This document shows, piece after piece, positions 1 to 9,209 of a stretch of DNA of 64,000 nucleotides (within the stretch, counting starts at the first letter, position 1; each line of letters opens with the position of its first letter). The position numbers and the translations under genes were made by a program. The stretch is from Candidatus Marinacidobacterales bacterium. Lineage in GTDB: Bacteria; Acidobacteriota; Vicinamibacteria; Marinacidobacterales; DATDRI01. The stretch is taken from contig OZ245365.1 of NCBI GenBank assembly GCA_965226495.1, forward strand, positions 5,824,001 through 5,888,000. The letters are read 5' to 3'. A model generated the notes under the pieces. It made no database searches, was not told the DNA's origin, and saw only the letters and a list, made by a program, of their open reading frames with translations.

Positions 1-1
1 G

Positions 2-2116
2 CAGGCCGCACTTAAGCCCGGTTCCCTCTATGACGAGGAGACCGTTAATAAGCAACTCGATGCGATTCTGAAGCGGTGGAAGAGCAGAGGGTTCTACGAG
101 GCCCGGCTCGACGCCAAGCCGTTACCGCAACCGCCTGACCGCGTCTCGATCGACATCCAAGGGTCGCTAGGCCCTCGCGTCGTGATCGAGGTCACCGGGG
201 CCGAGTTGAGCCGGAAAACGCTGCGCCGGTTGGCGCCGATCGAAAAAGAAACGAGCGATTCAGAGGACTTGATCGAAGAGTCGCGGGCGAATATCGAAGC
301 CCACTTTCGGGAGCGCGGATACCCCGACGCGTCGGTTTTGGTTGAGCGCGAGTGGGTGGGTCAGGAGCGACTTACATTGCGGTTCCGTATTGAGCCCGGG
401 CAACATCTCGAGATCGAGTCGGTGCGAATCGAAGGCCTGAGCGAGGCCGACGAAAAGACGATTCGCACACTTCTCACCACAAGACCGACGGGCCGATTTC
501 GTTCCTCTCCCTACGTCCCGCGCAAGTGGGACGAAGACCAGAGGGTGGTTCGCAGATACTTACTCCAACAGGGATATCACCGTGCGGTGGTCACGGGCGA
601 GTTGGAGGCGACAGACGAGGATCCCGGCCGAGTCGATCTCGTCTTGCGCATCGAGAAGGGTCCCGAGGCTCATTTGGAGAGCATCGTCCTCTCAGGGGCG
701 GAGCAAATTCCGCCTGACGACGTCATCAAGAATAGCGGCCTCAAAGTTGGAGAGGTCTTCGATGCGACCAAGCTAATAGGAGCTCGTGAGAGAACCATCA
801 ATTTGTACCGGAACCGTGGCTTCCGACAAGCGGTTGTGGAGCTTGCCACGGAGCTAGACGCAAGTGGAACCCGGGGGACGGCGAGTCTTCTCATCGACGA
901 GGGCACCGAGACGCGTGTCGATCGAATCATCATTACCGGGCTCGACCAGACGAAGGAGCAAACGGTGCAACCCCATGTGATGCTCTCTCCTCAGGAGCCT
1001 CTTTCTTCAGAGGACCTCCTCGAGACGCGACAGCAACTGATCGGAACCGGCCTCTTTCGTGATGTGAGCGTCGAGGTGCTACCTCGCGATCCGGCCACCC
1101 GATCCAGTGACATTCTGATCGACCTGAAGGAAGCCCCTCGAACGACGGTGGGTTACGGATTCGGATATAGCGAACGGGATCTGGCGCGGGTGGAAGGACA
1201 AGTTACTCGCCACAACATCTTTGGAATGAACCGCTCGGCTAGCGTCTTCGCCCGCGCGAGTTTTCGGAGCAATCGCCTCTTTTTCTCGTACCAACAGCCA
1301 GACACGTTCGGACTGGGTTTGCCGTCTTTCGTGACCGCGGTTCGGGAAGAAGGGGAGCGGGCCGACTTCAAGTTCAAACGGGTCGGCGTCGGTATGCAAG
1401 TTCTTAAGCGTGCGTCGAAGCATCAGACGTTTTTCTTTCGATACTCGCTAGAGGACGTAGAACTGCTGGAGGAGCCAGAGAAACCGCCTCCACTCGAGTT
1501 TCAGCCCGCCTTTATCTCCAAGGTCTCGGTATCGTCGGTGACGGATACCAGAGACGATCCGGTCAGCCCAACGCGCGGACAGTTTCGCATCGTGGACTTC
1601 GATTTCTCTCCCAAATTCTTGGGGACCCGCTTGGCGTTCATCAAGGGGTTGGCGCAGCAGTTCTTCTACTTCCCGCTACCCAAAGACTTGGTGTTCGTCC
1701 TCGCGCTTCGGGGCGGTATCGGCCGCACGTTTGATGACGAGGATCCCAGATTACCCGTTACTGAGCGTTTCTTTGCAGGAGGCGCCAACACGTTGCGCGG
1801 CTTCGCGCTCGATGAGGCAAGCCCCAAGAATGACGATGGGAATCCGGTGGGAGGCAACGTCTTGATGTTGCTGAACTTCGAGCTCCGATTTCCGATCACC
1901 AAGAAACTGGGGGGCGTCGTGTTTTCTGATAAGGGGAACGTCTACCGACGAGTAGAGTTCATTCGTCTCCTCAACTGGCGGTACAACGCTGGGTTCGGTT
2001 TCCGCTACGAGACCCCGATCGGCCCGGTACGGGTGGACTACGGAATCAAACTCAACCGTCGCCGCCTCGACGAGCCGAACGGGCGTCTTCACGTGAGTCT
2101 GGGACACCCCTTCTGA
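2..2116 (+). CDS. BamA/TamA (Omp85) family outer-membrane protein with multiple POTRA domains, 5'-truncated by window
   Basis: Frame open from base 2 (QAALKPGSLYDEE...RGFYEA); repeated POTRA-like motifs (RGYPDA, QGYHRA, RGFRQA), barrel motif FFAGGANTLRGF, C-terminal SLGHPF. Confidence 0.9.
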   Translation, partial: QAALKPGSLYDEETVNKQLDAILKRWKSRGFYEARLDAKPLPQPPDRVSIDIQGSLGPRVVIEVTGAELSRKTLRRLAPIEKETSDSEDLIEESRANIEAHFRERGYPDASVLVEREWVGQERLTLRFRIEPGQHLEIESVRIEGLSEADEKTIRTLLTTRPTGRFRSSPYVPRKWDEDQRVVRRYLLQQGYHRAVVTGELEATDEDPGRVDLVLRIEKGPEAHLESIVLSGAEQIPPDDVIKNSGLKVGEVFDATKLIGARERTINLYRNRGFRQAVVELATELDASGTRGTASLLIDEGTETRVDRIIITGLDQTKEQTVQPHVMLSPQEPLSSEDLLETRQQLIGTGLFRDVSVEVLPRDPATRSSDILIDLKEAPRTTVGYGFGYSERDLARVEGQVTRHNIFGMNRSASVFARASFRSNRLFFSYQQPDTFGLGLPSFVTAVREEGERADFKFKRVGVGMQVLKRASKHQTFFFRYSLEDVELLEEPEKPPPLEFQPAFISKVSVSSVTDTRDDPVSPTRGQFRIVDFDFSPKFLGTRLAFIKGLAQQFFYFPLPKDLVFVLALRGGIGRTFDDEDPRLPVTERFFAGGANTLRGFALDEASPKNDDGNPVGGNVLMLLNFELRFPITKKLGGVVFSDKGNVYRRVEFIRLLNWRYNAGFGFRYETPIGPVRVDYGIKLNRRRLDEPNGRLHVSLGHPF

Positions 2117-2117
2117 G

Positions 2118-2753
2118 ATGAACGCAACAAGGATGATACGAGCCGCGAGTCTAGTACTGGGAAGCCTGACGCTTGCCGTACCCATCGTGCGAGCGGAAAT
2201 CGTGGATCGGATTGCCGCCGTCTTAGACCGGGAAGCCATTACTCTTTCCGAAGCGGAGCAAGCGGCGGAGTACCGCGCGCTTCGGGGTGAAGAAGAGTTG
2301 TCGATGAGTGAGTTGGTCGAGAGGCTCATCGAAGCGCGTCTCGTCGAGAGAGAAGTGAATCGCTATCCCGAAGAGTCTATACCTCAAGAACAAATCGATG
2401 AGGTGCTCGACGCGATCCGGCAGTCCTTCCCCTTGGAGGAAACGCTTGTTGATATCCAAGGAATGACTCTGGACGAGTTGGAAGCGTTAGTGAGAAAGCA
2501 GCTCACGGTCCAGCGTTACCTGGAGCGTCGATTTCGGCCACTCGTTTACGTCACCGAGGCCGACATCGAAAAATACTATGCCGACGAGCTTGTTCCGGTC
2601 CTCGACGACGCCGGCGAAGCGGTACCACCTGTCGAAAGCGTCGCGGGAAGCATTAGGAGGATTCTAGAAGAGAAAGCGTTCAACCAGCGGGTGGACCGCT
2701 GGATTGGGGATCTCAAGTCGCGGGCACACGTGCGCCGGTATGTGTGGCAATAG
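2118..2753 (+). CDS. SurA N-terminal-domain-like periplasmic chaperone
   Basis: Signal peptide then IVDRIAAVLDREAITLSE; starts 1 nt after the Omp85 stop. Confidence 0.75.
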   Translation: MNATRMIRAASLVLGSLTLAVPIVRAEIVDRIAAVLDREAITLSEAEQAAEYRALRGEEELSMSELVERLIEARLVEREVNRYPEESIPQEQIDEVLDAIRQSFPLEETLVDIQGMTLDELEALVRKQLTVQRYLERRFRPLVYVTEADIEKYYADELVPVLDDAGEAVPPVESVAGSIRRILEEKAFNQRVDRWIGDLKSRAHVRRYVWQ

Positions 2754-2755
2754 AA

Positions 2756-2840
2756 GCTGGCTTCCTTCCTTTACTCCCTCTCCCTCTGGGAGAGGGCCGG
2801 GGTGAGGGTCGATCTGCTGGCTTCCTTCCTTCCTTTATTC
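2756..2840. repeat. REP-like palindrome (CCCTCTCCC...GGGAGAGGG...GGTGAGGG family) with direct-repeat flanks
   Basis: ccctctccctctgggagagggccggggtgaggg between two copies of gctggcttccttcc, lying between convergent genes. Confidence 0.75.
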
Positions 2841-4184
2841 TGTGGCGCTTCGTAGGGCTTCCCGCACGGTTTCCAATCCGAACGTGCCGCCCAGCGGCAT
2901 GTCCGAGATGCTGGCGGTGATCGCCGACGCCAGATCGGCTTGTTCGAAAGGGGGCGGCGGGGCTACTGTTCCCGCTCGCAGACCGGCGAGCACTTCTTCG
3001 AGAAACGCTAAATAGGCGTTCGCCTCTGCGCGAAGGCTATAGGCCTCTTCGACGTGCTCCCGAGCATATCGCCCCATCGCGCGCCTCAGTTCGGGCCGGT
3101 TTGCAAACAGCTCGAGAGTCCTTGCGATCTCTTTCACCTCCGGCGGTCCCAAATCGATCCGAGCCACCGTGTATTCTGGGAACTCTACGAACGGACCGGT
3201 ATTGGAGACCAGGACCGGTTTGCCCATGCCTAGGGTTCGGATAAGAGTGCCGGAGAGCTCTCCGGTGGAAGGGAACCTGAGGTTTACTACGACGTCCGAC
3301 GCGAGCATATAGAGGTAGAAGCGATCCATCGGCTGCCGCCCCGTCACCACGATCTTGTCCTTGAGCTCCGGTGAACGGGTGTGGGCTTCGATCGGAAAGC
3401 CCTTCTGCACGTCGCCGACGATCAGGAAGCGGGCATCAGGTCGGTTAAGAGCAAACAGACGAAACCCCTCGAGGGCTTCCTCCATGCGCTTGGCTCGAGT
3501 CACGAGCCCGAAAGACGAGACCAGGAAGCCATCCTGTGGTAGGCCAAGCATCTTACGGGCCTCGGCCACGTCTGTCGTAGGAAGAGGGGGCGGTGGTGCG
3601 TAGTGGTGTGGTGCCTTGCCGATGAACTTACCCACCGGCATGCTTCCGAATCGACGCCTCAGCCAGCCTTGCATGAATCGCGTCAAAACCAAGACCCCAT
3701 AACTTCTTTCGACGACTCTTTCGCACAGCGGAAACTTGGAGACCAGTAGATCGCTTCCCAATGCCAGGGCGATCTGCCTACCCAACGCGGCTCCGCGGTC
3801 ACCGTAGGCTCGTTTCATCTCCGCCACGTAGAGCTCGACGTTCGCGCGCTCCACGGAAAGTCCAAGAAACAGATGCTGGAGAACGAGGTCGTGCATCACG
3901 ACGACGCCCGGAAAGCGCAGTGCGGCGTTGAGGGCGTAACGGTGGTAGGAGCTATTGCCGAGCTGGTACAGATTTAGGTCGAATTTTTCTCGCTGGTTGA
4001 CTTCTTCGAACTCTTTCGCTTGGTGCCATGGGAACCGTTCGGCGATGGTAGGCTCGGACGGCGTATAGCCGTCGACAAATAAATGGATCTCCGCCCCGTC
4101 GGCGAGATAAGGTAGAAGCTCCTCGCTGTAATCAGCGACGCCCGTTTCCATGGGGCTGAGCGGACTCCAATAGGCGATCTTCAT
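2835..4184 (-). CDS. Glycosyltransferase family 4
   Basis: MKIAYWSPLSPMETGVADYS start, GT-B acceptor/donor motifs (NLRFPSTGELSGTL); ATG overlaps the stop of the upstream GT. Confidence 0.85.
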   Translation of the reverse strand: MKIAYWSPLSPMETGVADYSEELLPYLADGAEIHLFVDGYTPSEPTIAERFPWHQAKEFEEVNQREKFDLNLYQLGNSSYHRYALNAALRFPGVVVMHDLVLQHLFLGLSVERANVELYVAEMKRAYGDRGAALGRQIALALGSDLLVSKFPLCERVVERSYGVLVLTRFMQGWLRRRFGSMPVGKFIGKAPHHYAPPPPLPTTDVAEARKMLGLPQDGFLVSSFGLVTRAKRMEEALEGFRLFALNRPDARFLIVGDVQKGFPIEAHTRSPELKDKIVVTGRQPMDRFYLYMLASDVVVNLRFPSTGELSGTLIRTLGMGKPVLVSNTGPFVEFPEYTVARIDLGPPEVKEIARTLELFANRPELRRAMGRYAREHVEEAYSLRAEANAYLAFLEEVLAGLRAGTVAPPPPFEQADLASAITASISDMPLGGTFGLETVREALRSATE

Positions 4185-5227
4185 CTGAGAGGAGCGGTCA
4201 GGGAATCGATGATGTGGTCCCAACCGATTCCACTTACCTTGGGCTTACCCTGTTTTCCCATCTCCCGAGCCCGATCGCGATTGGCGAAGAGACTCTTCAC
4301 CGCCTCGGCGATCGCCTCGGCTCGCGGCTCGACGATAAGGCCGTTCACTTCATGGTCTACGAACTCCAGGGTTCCTCCGGAATCGTTGCAAGTCACGACC
4401 GGCTTCCCGGCCATGAAAGCTTCCACTGTGACATAGCCGTAGTCTTCATCGAGGGGCGCGTAGAGAACCGCGAACGTGCCGGCGTAGAGCTCGAGTAGCT
4501 CTTCATCAGATACGAAGCCCTTGAGCACGACGCGATCCTGGAGCCCGAGCCGCTCGATCTGACGCTCCAGGTTCTCTCGCTGTGGCCCGGATCCTGCGAT
4601 GACCAACTTGGCTTCTCCGATGTGGCGAAAAGCGTCCACCAGGAGATCGCATCGCTTCAGTGGGTCGAGTCGTCCTGCGAACAGCGCGTAGTCACCGAAG
4701 GGGCCTTCTCGATAACGCCCCGCGTAATTCGGCGGCGGGTACAAGGGCGTCGATGCAATGTCGTTGTAGCGCTCGAGTCGGGAAGACACGTTCTGCGAAA
4801 TCGTGAAAACGGAGCGAGATTCGCGCAGCGTTTTGTTGTCCATGCGGATGATAGTTTGCCGGATCTCTTGTTCCTCGGGGTCGTCGGTGAAACTGCAGTA
4901 GGGGGTCCCATAAAGGTCGTAGACCTCGCGGTGCTGGTGGAAGAGCCAAGTGACTTTGGTCGGATGTCGAACGAGGTACGACGGAAATTTCGTGGCAATG
5001 ACCATATCGATCGGCATTCCGTTCGACTCGGTGATCTCCACCCAGCGCCAGAGGAGAGCCTGCTTGATGAGGTCTCGAACTGGATACCACTTGAAGGGTA
5101 TGTTGACGACGTCGACCGCATAGCCTCTCGTCTTGAGCTGTGCCGCGAGCTCGCCGACCAGGATCTCTGCTCCCCCGGTGATCAACGGGGCTTGGACGGA
5201 ACAAATGCAGATTGTTCGGCGTGGCAT
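4181..5227 (-). CDS. Glycosyltransferase family 4
   Basis: GGAE N-terminal motif, GRLDPLKR, EDYGYVTVEAF (EX7E). Confidence 0.9.
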   Translation of the reverse strand: MPRRTICICSVQAPLITGGAEILVGELAAQLKTRGYAVDVVNIPFKWYPVRDLIKQALLWRWVEITESNGMPIDMVIATKFPSYLVRHPTKVTWLFHQHREVYDLYGTPYCSFTDDPEEQEIRQTIIRMDNKTLRESRSVFTISQNVSSRLERYNDIASTPLYPPPNYAGRYREGPFGDYALFAGRLDPLKRCDLLVDAFRHIGEAKLVIAGSGPQRENLERQIERLGLQDRVVLKGFVSDEELLELYAGTFAVLYAPLDEDYGYVTVEAFMAGKPVVTCNDSGGTLEFVDHEVNGLIVEPRAEAIAEAVKSLFANRDRAREMGKQGKPKVSGIGWDHIIDSLTAPLR

Positions 5228-5239
5228 TTGGAGTAGGGC

Positions 5240-5908
5240 TCAGCGTTTCGCCGAGGCGGACAGCTTCTCCTCCAACTGGCGAGCCCTTTGAGCGATGTCC
5301 TTAAGCTCCTCCCGAGCTTCCTTGAGCGTGCCCTCGAGGTAGAGGTGGTTTTGCTCGGCGGTCTCGAAAACGAAATCCATGCGTTTGACCAGCTCGTGCA
5401 CGTGCCTGACCAGCTCTTGTTGAAGAATCAGATGACGCTCGTCGATCTCTTCCATCCGCTTCCCGTAAAGCCCGAGCATTTGATCGTAGTGCACTGAAAT
5501 TCGATCCAATCGTTTGTCGATGTACTGCACCAGCTCGTTTCCGAACCGGACTTGCGCGGAGTTGAGCTCGACCTGGCGCTCGACAATGGGGCCGAGGGCG
5601 AAGCGTACGAGTCTCTGGAGCGGGCGGCGCAGCGGAGAAAAAATCCTCGCGATTCGACCTGGGGGAAGGGTCTCGAAAGCGGTAGAGATGTCCCATGACG
5701 CATTCAACCGCTCGGTGCTCGGCGAGGTCGGGACCTCCGTCGATGGCGACTCCGCCGGCTGGACCGAACCTAGTGGAGCATGCGGCTCCGAGAGCTTCTG
5801 ATAGGGGGAAGGCTTGGGTGAAGGATTGTCTTCGGATCGCACGCGCTCGCGCACATCGCGGAGCGCGTCTGACACTTCCTCTTTTAGGGGATCGTTGGGC
5901 TCACCCAC
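5240..5908 (-). CDS. Coiled-coil hypothetical protein of the glycosyltransferase operon
   Basis: 222 aa ORF; amphipathic RRPLQRLVRF..Q..N segment followed by long heptad-rich helix; co-oriented with two GT4 genes. Confidence 0.65.
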   Translation of the reverse strand: MGEPNDPLKEEVSDALRDVRERVRSEDNPSPKPSPYQKLSEPHAPLGSVQPAESPSTEVPTSPSTERLNASWDISTAFETLPPGRIARIFSPLRRPLQRLVRFALGPIVERQVELNSAQVRFGNELVQYIDKRLDRISVHYDQMLGLYGKRMEEIDERHLILQQELVRHVHELVKRMDFVFETAEQNHLYLEGTLKEAREELKDIAQRARQLEEKLSASAKR

Positions 5909-5949
5909 AACAGATTTCTATCTTAGAAGTCTCGAGACTGTCAAAAGCA

Positions 5950-6018
5950 GAGTTTCGGGGACAGGTGATTTAATTCCGTATACCGGAAGGCTGAATCAAA
6001 TCACCTTTCCCGAAACTC
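5950..6018. repeat. Long inverted repeat (GGGGACAG-type REP-like element or terminator)
   Basis: gagtttcggggacaggtgattt ... aaatcacctttcccgaaactc; overlaps the stop of the MoeB fusion gene. Confidence 0.7.
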
Positions 6019-7483
6019 AGTAGCGAGGTAAAGAGGGGTCGATCCGCTCTGCCCAGGCGAGAATTCCTCCTTCGAGGTTTCTCACCTTGCGAAAGCCCAT
6101 GCCCATCAGGAATTGGACAGCCTGGGCGCTTCTCGCGCCACTTCGGCAGTGAACGACGATCTCGTCCGCCGAGCTCAACTGATTCACTGCCTGAGGGAGC
6201 TCACCGAGCGGGATCAGCTTGGCATCGTCTAGGTGAGCGATGTTCCACTCCTGCGTTTCCCGTACATCTAGGATGAAGACGTCTTCCTTATTATCCATGA
6301 GAGACTTCAGCTCCTCGACGGATATTGTCGGCACGCCCGCTCCGGTGCCCGCCGCCGCCGGTTCCTCGCGGGGGATGCCGCAGAATTGCTCGTAGTCTAT
6401 GAGCTCCTTGATGGTGGCGTGCTCGCCACAGAGCATGCAATCGGGATCTTTTCGAAGATTCAGCTCCCGGAAGTTCATTTTGAGAGCGTCGAAGAGCAGC
6501 AGCCTTCCAATGAGAGAACTCCCCACTCCTAGGATTAGTTTGACCACCTCGAGTGCCTGCAGCGTCCCCACGATCCCGGGGAGAACTCCCAAGACTCCGC
6601 CTTCCGCGCAGCTCGGGACGAGGCCGGGTGGTGGTGGTTCCGGATAGAGGCAGCGGTAGCAGGGTCCTTCTTTTGCGTAGAAGACCGAGGCCTGACCCTC
6701 GAAGCGGAAGATGCTGCCGTAGACGTTGGGCTTGCCTAGAAGCACGCAGGCATCGTTCACCAAATAGCGCGTCGGAAAATTGTCGGTGCCGTCTGCGACG
6801 ATGTCGTATTCTTGGAAGATCTCGAGAGCGTTCTCCGAGCTCAGCCGCACCTCGTGCGTATCGATCTGAATGTGTGGATTGATTCCTGCCAGTCGCTCCT
6901 TGGCGACCTCGAGCTTGGGTCGCCCGACGTCGCCCGTAGAGTAGGTCACCTGGCGTTGCAGGTTCGACGAGTCGACGACATCGAAGTCCACGAGCCCGAT
7001 GCGTCCGACTCCGGCCGCCGCGAGGTAGAGCCCAAGGGGAGCACCCAAACCTCCGGCGCCAATGAGTAGCACTTGGGCCTGCTTCAGCTTCGCCTGACCC
7101 TCCATGCCCACTTCGGGCATGATGAGGTGTCGGCTGTAGCGCTGGATCTCGTCGTGACTGAAGGTCACCCTGGCACTGGCCGTGCCGGTCGCTGCCCCAG
7201 CCCCTCCGGCCCCCCCGGCAATGCTGGGCACGATGCTCACCACGTCGGAGTCCGTCACCGGAGTCTCTTCTCGCGACAGGTATCGGATGTCCTCTTCGTT
7301 GACGTAGATGTTGACGAAGTTTCGGAGCTTCCCTTCATCATTGAATAAATGCTTCTTGAGGGGTTCGTACCGTTCGGTGAGACTAGTGAGCAACTCGGCC
7401 ACCGTATTGCCCTCGAGCTCGATAGCCTCGAGCTTGTCGGTATAAGCCCGTAGAGGGGTGGGAATCATTACCTTGACTGCCAT
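6017..7483 (-). CDS. moeZ: CysO/MoaD-like ubiquitin-fold sulfur carrier fused to MoeB/ThiF adenylyltransferase and rhodanese (Ubl-MoeZ fusion)
   Basis: Residues 1-91 MoaD/CysO-like ending VPSIAGG; then RYSRH, GAGGLG, SNLQRQ, CYRC, SCAEGG, CMLC; rhodanese HCRSGARS. Confidence 0.9.
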   Translation of the reverse strand: MAVKVMIPTPLRAYTDKLEAIELEGNTVAELLTSLTERYEPLKKHLFNDEGKLRNFVNIYVNEEDIRYLSREETPVTDSDVVSIVPSIAGGAGGAGAATGTASARVTFSHDEIQRYSRHLIMPEVGMEGQAKLKQAQVLLIGAGGLGAPLGLYLAAAGVGRIGLVDFDVVDSSNLQRQVTYSTGDVGRPKLEVAKERLAGINPHIQIDTHEVRLSSENALEIFQEYDIVADGTDNFPTRYLVNDACVLLGKPNVYGSIFRFEGQASVFYAKEGPCYRCLYPEPPPPGLVPSCAEGGVLGVLPGIVGTLQALEVVKLILGVGSSLIGRLLLFDALKMNFRELNLRKDPDCMLCGEHATIKELIDYEQFCGIPREEPAAAGTGAGVPTISVEELKSLMDNKEDVFILDVRETQEWNIAHLDDAKLIPLGELPQAVNQLSSADEIVVHCRSGARSAQAVQFLMGMGFRKVRNLEGGILAWAERIDPSLPRY

Positions 7484-7524
7484 AACAAGTACTCCTTCTT
7501 GTGAAATCGCTCGAAGCCGAGTGC

Positions 7525-7953
7525 CTAGACCGTTTGGAGTTCCTCTGCATCGAATTCGGAGCGGTCTTCCTTCATCACGAAAGACCGCACTTCGGTCGGT
7601 TCGCCCTTCTGGACGGAAACGATGACGTACGAAAAGAAAGGGAACGCATGTGCTAAATCATACCCCGAAGGAAACGCCGGGTGATCGGGGTGTGAGTGAT
7701 AGAAACCCAGCAAGGTCAATCCACGTGCCGACGCCTCGGCTTCGGCTCGCTGGTAGTCCTTGGGGGTGACGAGGAAGCGGCGATGGCGCTCACCGTCTCG
7801 AGAGTTGGCAAGCGGCTGCACGTCCTGAACGTCCTTGATAGTCATGTCCGGGCCTTCCTGCCGTCCGAACATGACACCACACGCTTCGTCGCGGTAGCTT
7901 TCTCGGCCATGACCGCGGATGGTCTCTAGTAGCCGTTCAGGAAATCGAATCAC
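7525..7953 (-). CDS. mec: JAB/Mov34 (M67) metallopeptidase, Mec-like CysO-cysteine peptidase
   Basis: EACG and JAMM motif HSHPDHPAFPSGYD; probable GTG start overlapping the cysM 3' end. Confidence 0.85.
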   Translation of the reverse strand: MIRFPERLLETIRGHGRESYRDEACGVMFGRQEGPDMTIKDVQDVQPLANSRDGERHRRFLVTPKDYQRAEAEASARGLTLLGFYHSHPDHPAFPSGYDLAHAFPFFSYVIVSVQKGEPTEVRSFVMKEDRSEFDAEELQTV

Positions 7954-8875
7954 GGGTCCACGGTCCTTCGGAGAGATACTTATCGCCACCGTCGGGGAAG
8001 ATCGTGACCACCACACCGTCTTTAACGAGCTCGGCAACATGCTCAACGGCGACCAAGGCGGCACCGGAAGAAAGGCCCACGAAAAGCCCGCGATCCCGGG
8101 ATAGCCGCAGGCAGGCCTGGTAGGCCTCTTCGGTCCGAATCGTCAGCGTCTCGTCGGCAATCGTGTCGTCATAAATCCCTGGCACCATAGCGGTCTCCAT
8201 ATGCTTCAAGCCTTCGATAGCGTGCATCGGTGAATCGGGCTGGAAGGATATGCACCGGATCGCCGGTGACAGCTCCTTGAGCCTACGACTATTCCCGACG
8301 AAGGTTCCGCTCGTTCCGAGCCCTGCGACGAAGTGCGTCACACGTCCGTCGGTTTGCTCCCAAATTTCTTCGGCCGTCGTCCGATAGTGGGCTTGCCAAT
8401 TAGCCGGATTGTTGTACTGATCCGGATAAAAGTAAAGGTCAGGCTTCTCAGCGGAAAGCTGGCGAGCCCTGACGATAGCACCATCCGTTCCCTCGAGGGC
8501 GCTCGTTTCGATGAGCTCCGCCCCGTAGGCTCGGAGGATCAGTTTCCTTTCCTTGCTGGCATTGGCGGGGAGGCACACTCGAACGCGGTACCCTTTCGCG
8601 GCCCCCAACATGGCGAACGAGATCCCCGTATTGCCGCTGGTGGCCTCGAGGATGACTTTGCCCGGTCTCAGGCGACCGCTCTTCTCCCCCTGTTGCAACA
8701 TCTCGAGGGCGGCCCGATCCTTAACCGATCCCCCTGGATTGAACCATTCGGCCTTGGCGTAGATCTCGGTACGAGAACCTTGGTCCTCTCCGATACTGAG
8801 CAGAGGGGTCCCGCCGACGGCCCCTTCCAACGTGCTCGGTCCCGCGGAAGTCCTTGTGTTTGAATAGCTTAGCAT
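7937..8875 (-). CDS. cysM: PLP-dependent cysteine synthase (CysM-like)
   Basis: NPGGSVKDR PLP lysine, EATSGNTG, GLGTSGT, FPDGGDKYLS; start position approximate. Confidence 0.88.
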   Translation of the reverse strand: MLSYSNTRTSAGPSTLEGAVGGTPLLSIGEDQGSRTEIYAKAEWFNPGGSVKDRAALEMLQQGEKSGRLRPGKVILEATSGNTGISFAMLGAAKGYRVRVCLPANASKERKLILRAYGAELIETSALEGTDGAIVRARQLSAEKPDLYFYPDQYNNPANWQAHYRTTAEEIWEQTDGRVTHFVAGLGTSGTFVGNSRRLKELSPAIRCISFQPDSPMHAIEGLKHMETAMVPGIYDDTIADETLTIRTEEAYQACLRLSRDRGLFVGLSSGAALVAVEHVAELVKDGVVVTIFPDGGDKYLSEGPWTRDSIS

Positions 8876-8943
8876 TCTGGGTTTGGTCAAGACCCAGTTC
8901 TCCCAACTGGTCGGTTCCTTGCAGACTGTGTATACCTTTGCAT

Positions 8944-8976
8944 ATTATAAATCCCCATCTTTATTAGTCAAGTTTA
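8944..8976 (-). promoter_or_regulatory. Sigma70-type promoter of the cys operon, overlapped by an imperfect Rrf2/IscR-like operator
   Basis: Minus strand TTGACT-N16-TATAAT (8971-8944); overlapping TAAATCCCCATCTTTATTAGTCAAGTTTA (8948-8976). Confidence 0.65.
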
Positions 8977-9142
8977 ATGGGCAACTAGGGAGCACACCAG
9001 GAATCACCGGCATAATTGGGGACGCGGAAGGGGTAAAAAGTGGACAGGGGGTGTAAAGTTTTGAGGCTCTCGCCGCCGGCGAGAAAACGCACAAAATCCC
9101 TTAAACTGCTGATTACTAACGGATTTTGGATTGGCCAGCGCT

Positions 9143-9158
9143 TTGGCACGGGACTTGA
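9143..9158 (+). promoter_or_regulatory. Sigma54-like -24/-12 promoter for the sigma factor gene
   Basis: TTGGCACG-GGAC-TTGA; GG-N10-GA (non-canonical -12), about 50 nt before the ATG. Confidence 0.5.
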
Positions 9159-9209
9159 AGGATACATAGCTAAGAGGAGGGAGCCCGTCCTCAGGAAAGG
9201 GAAGAACTT

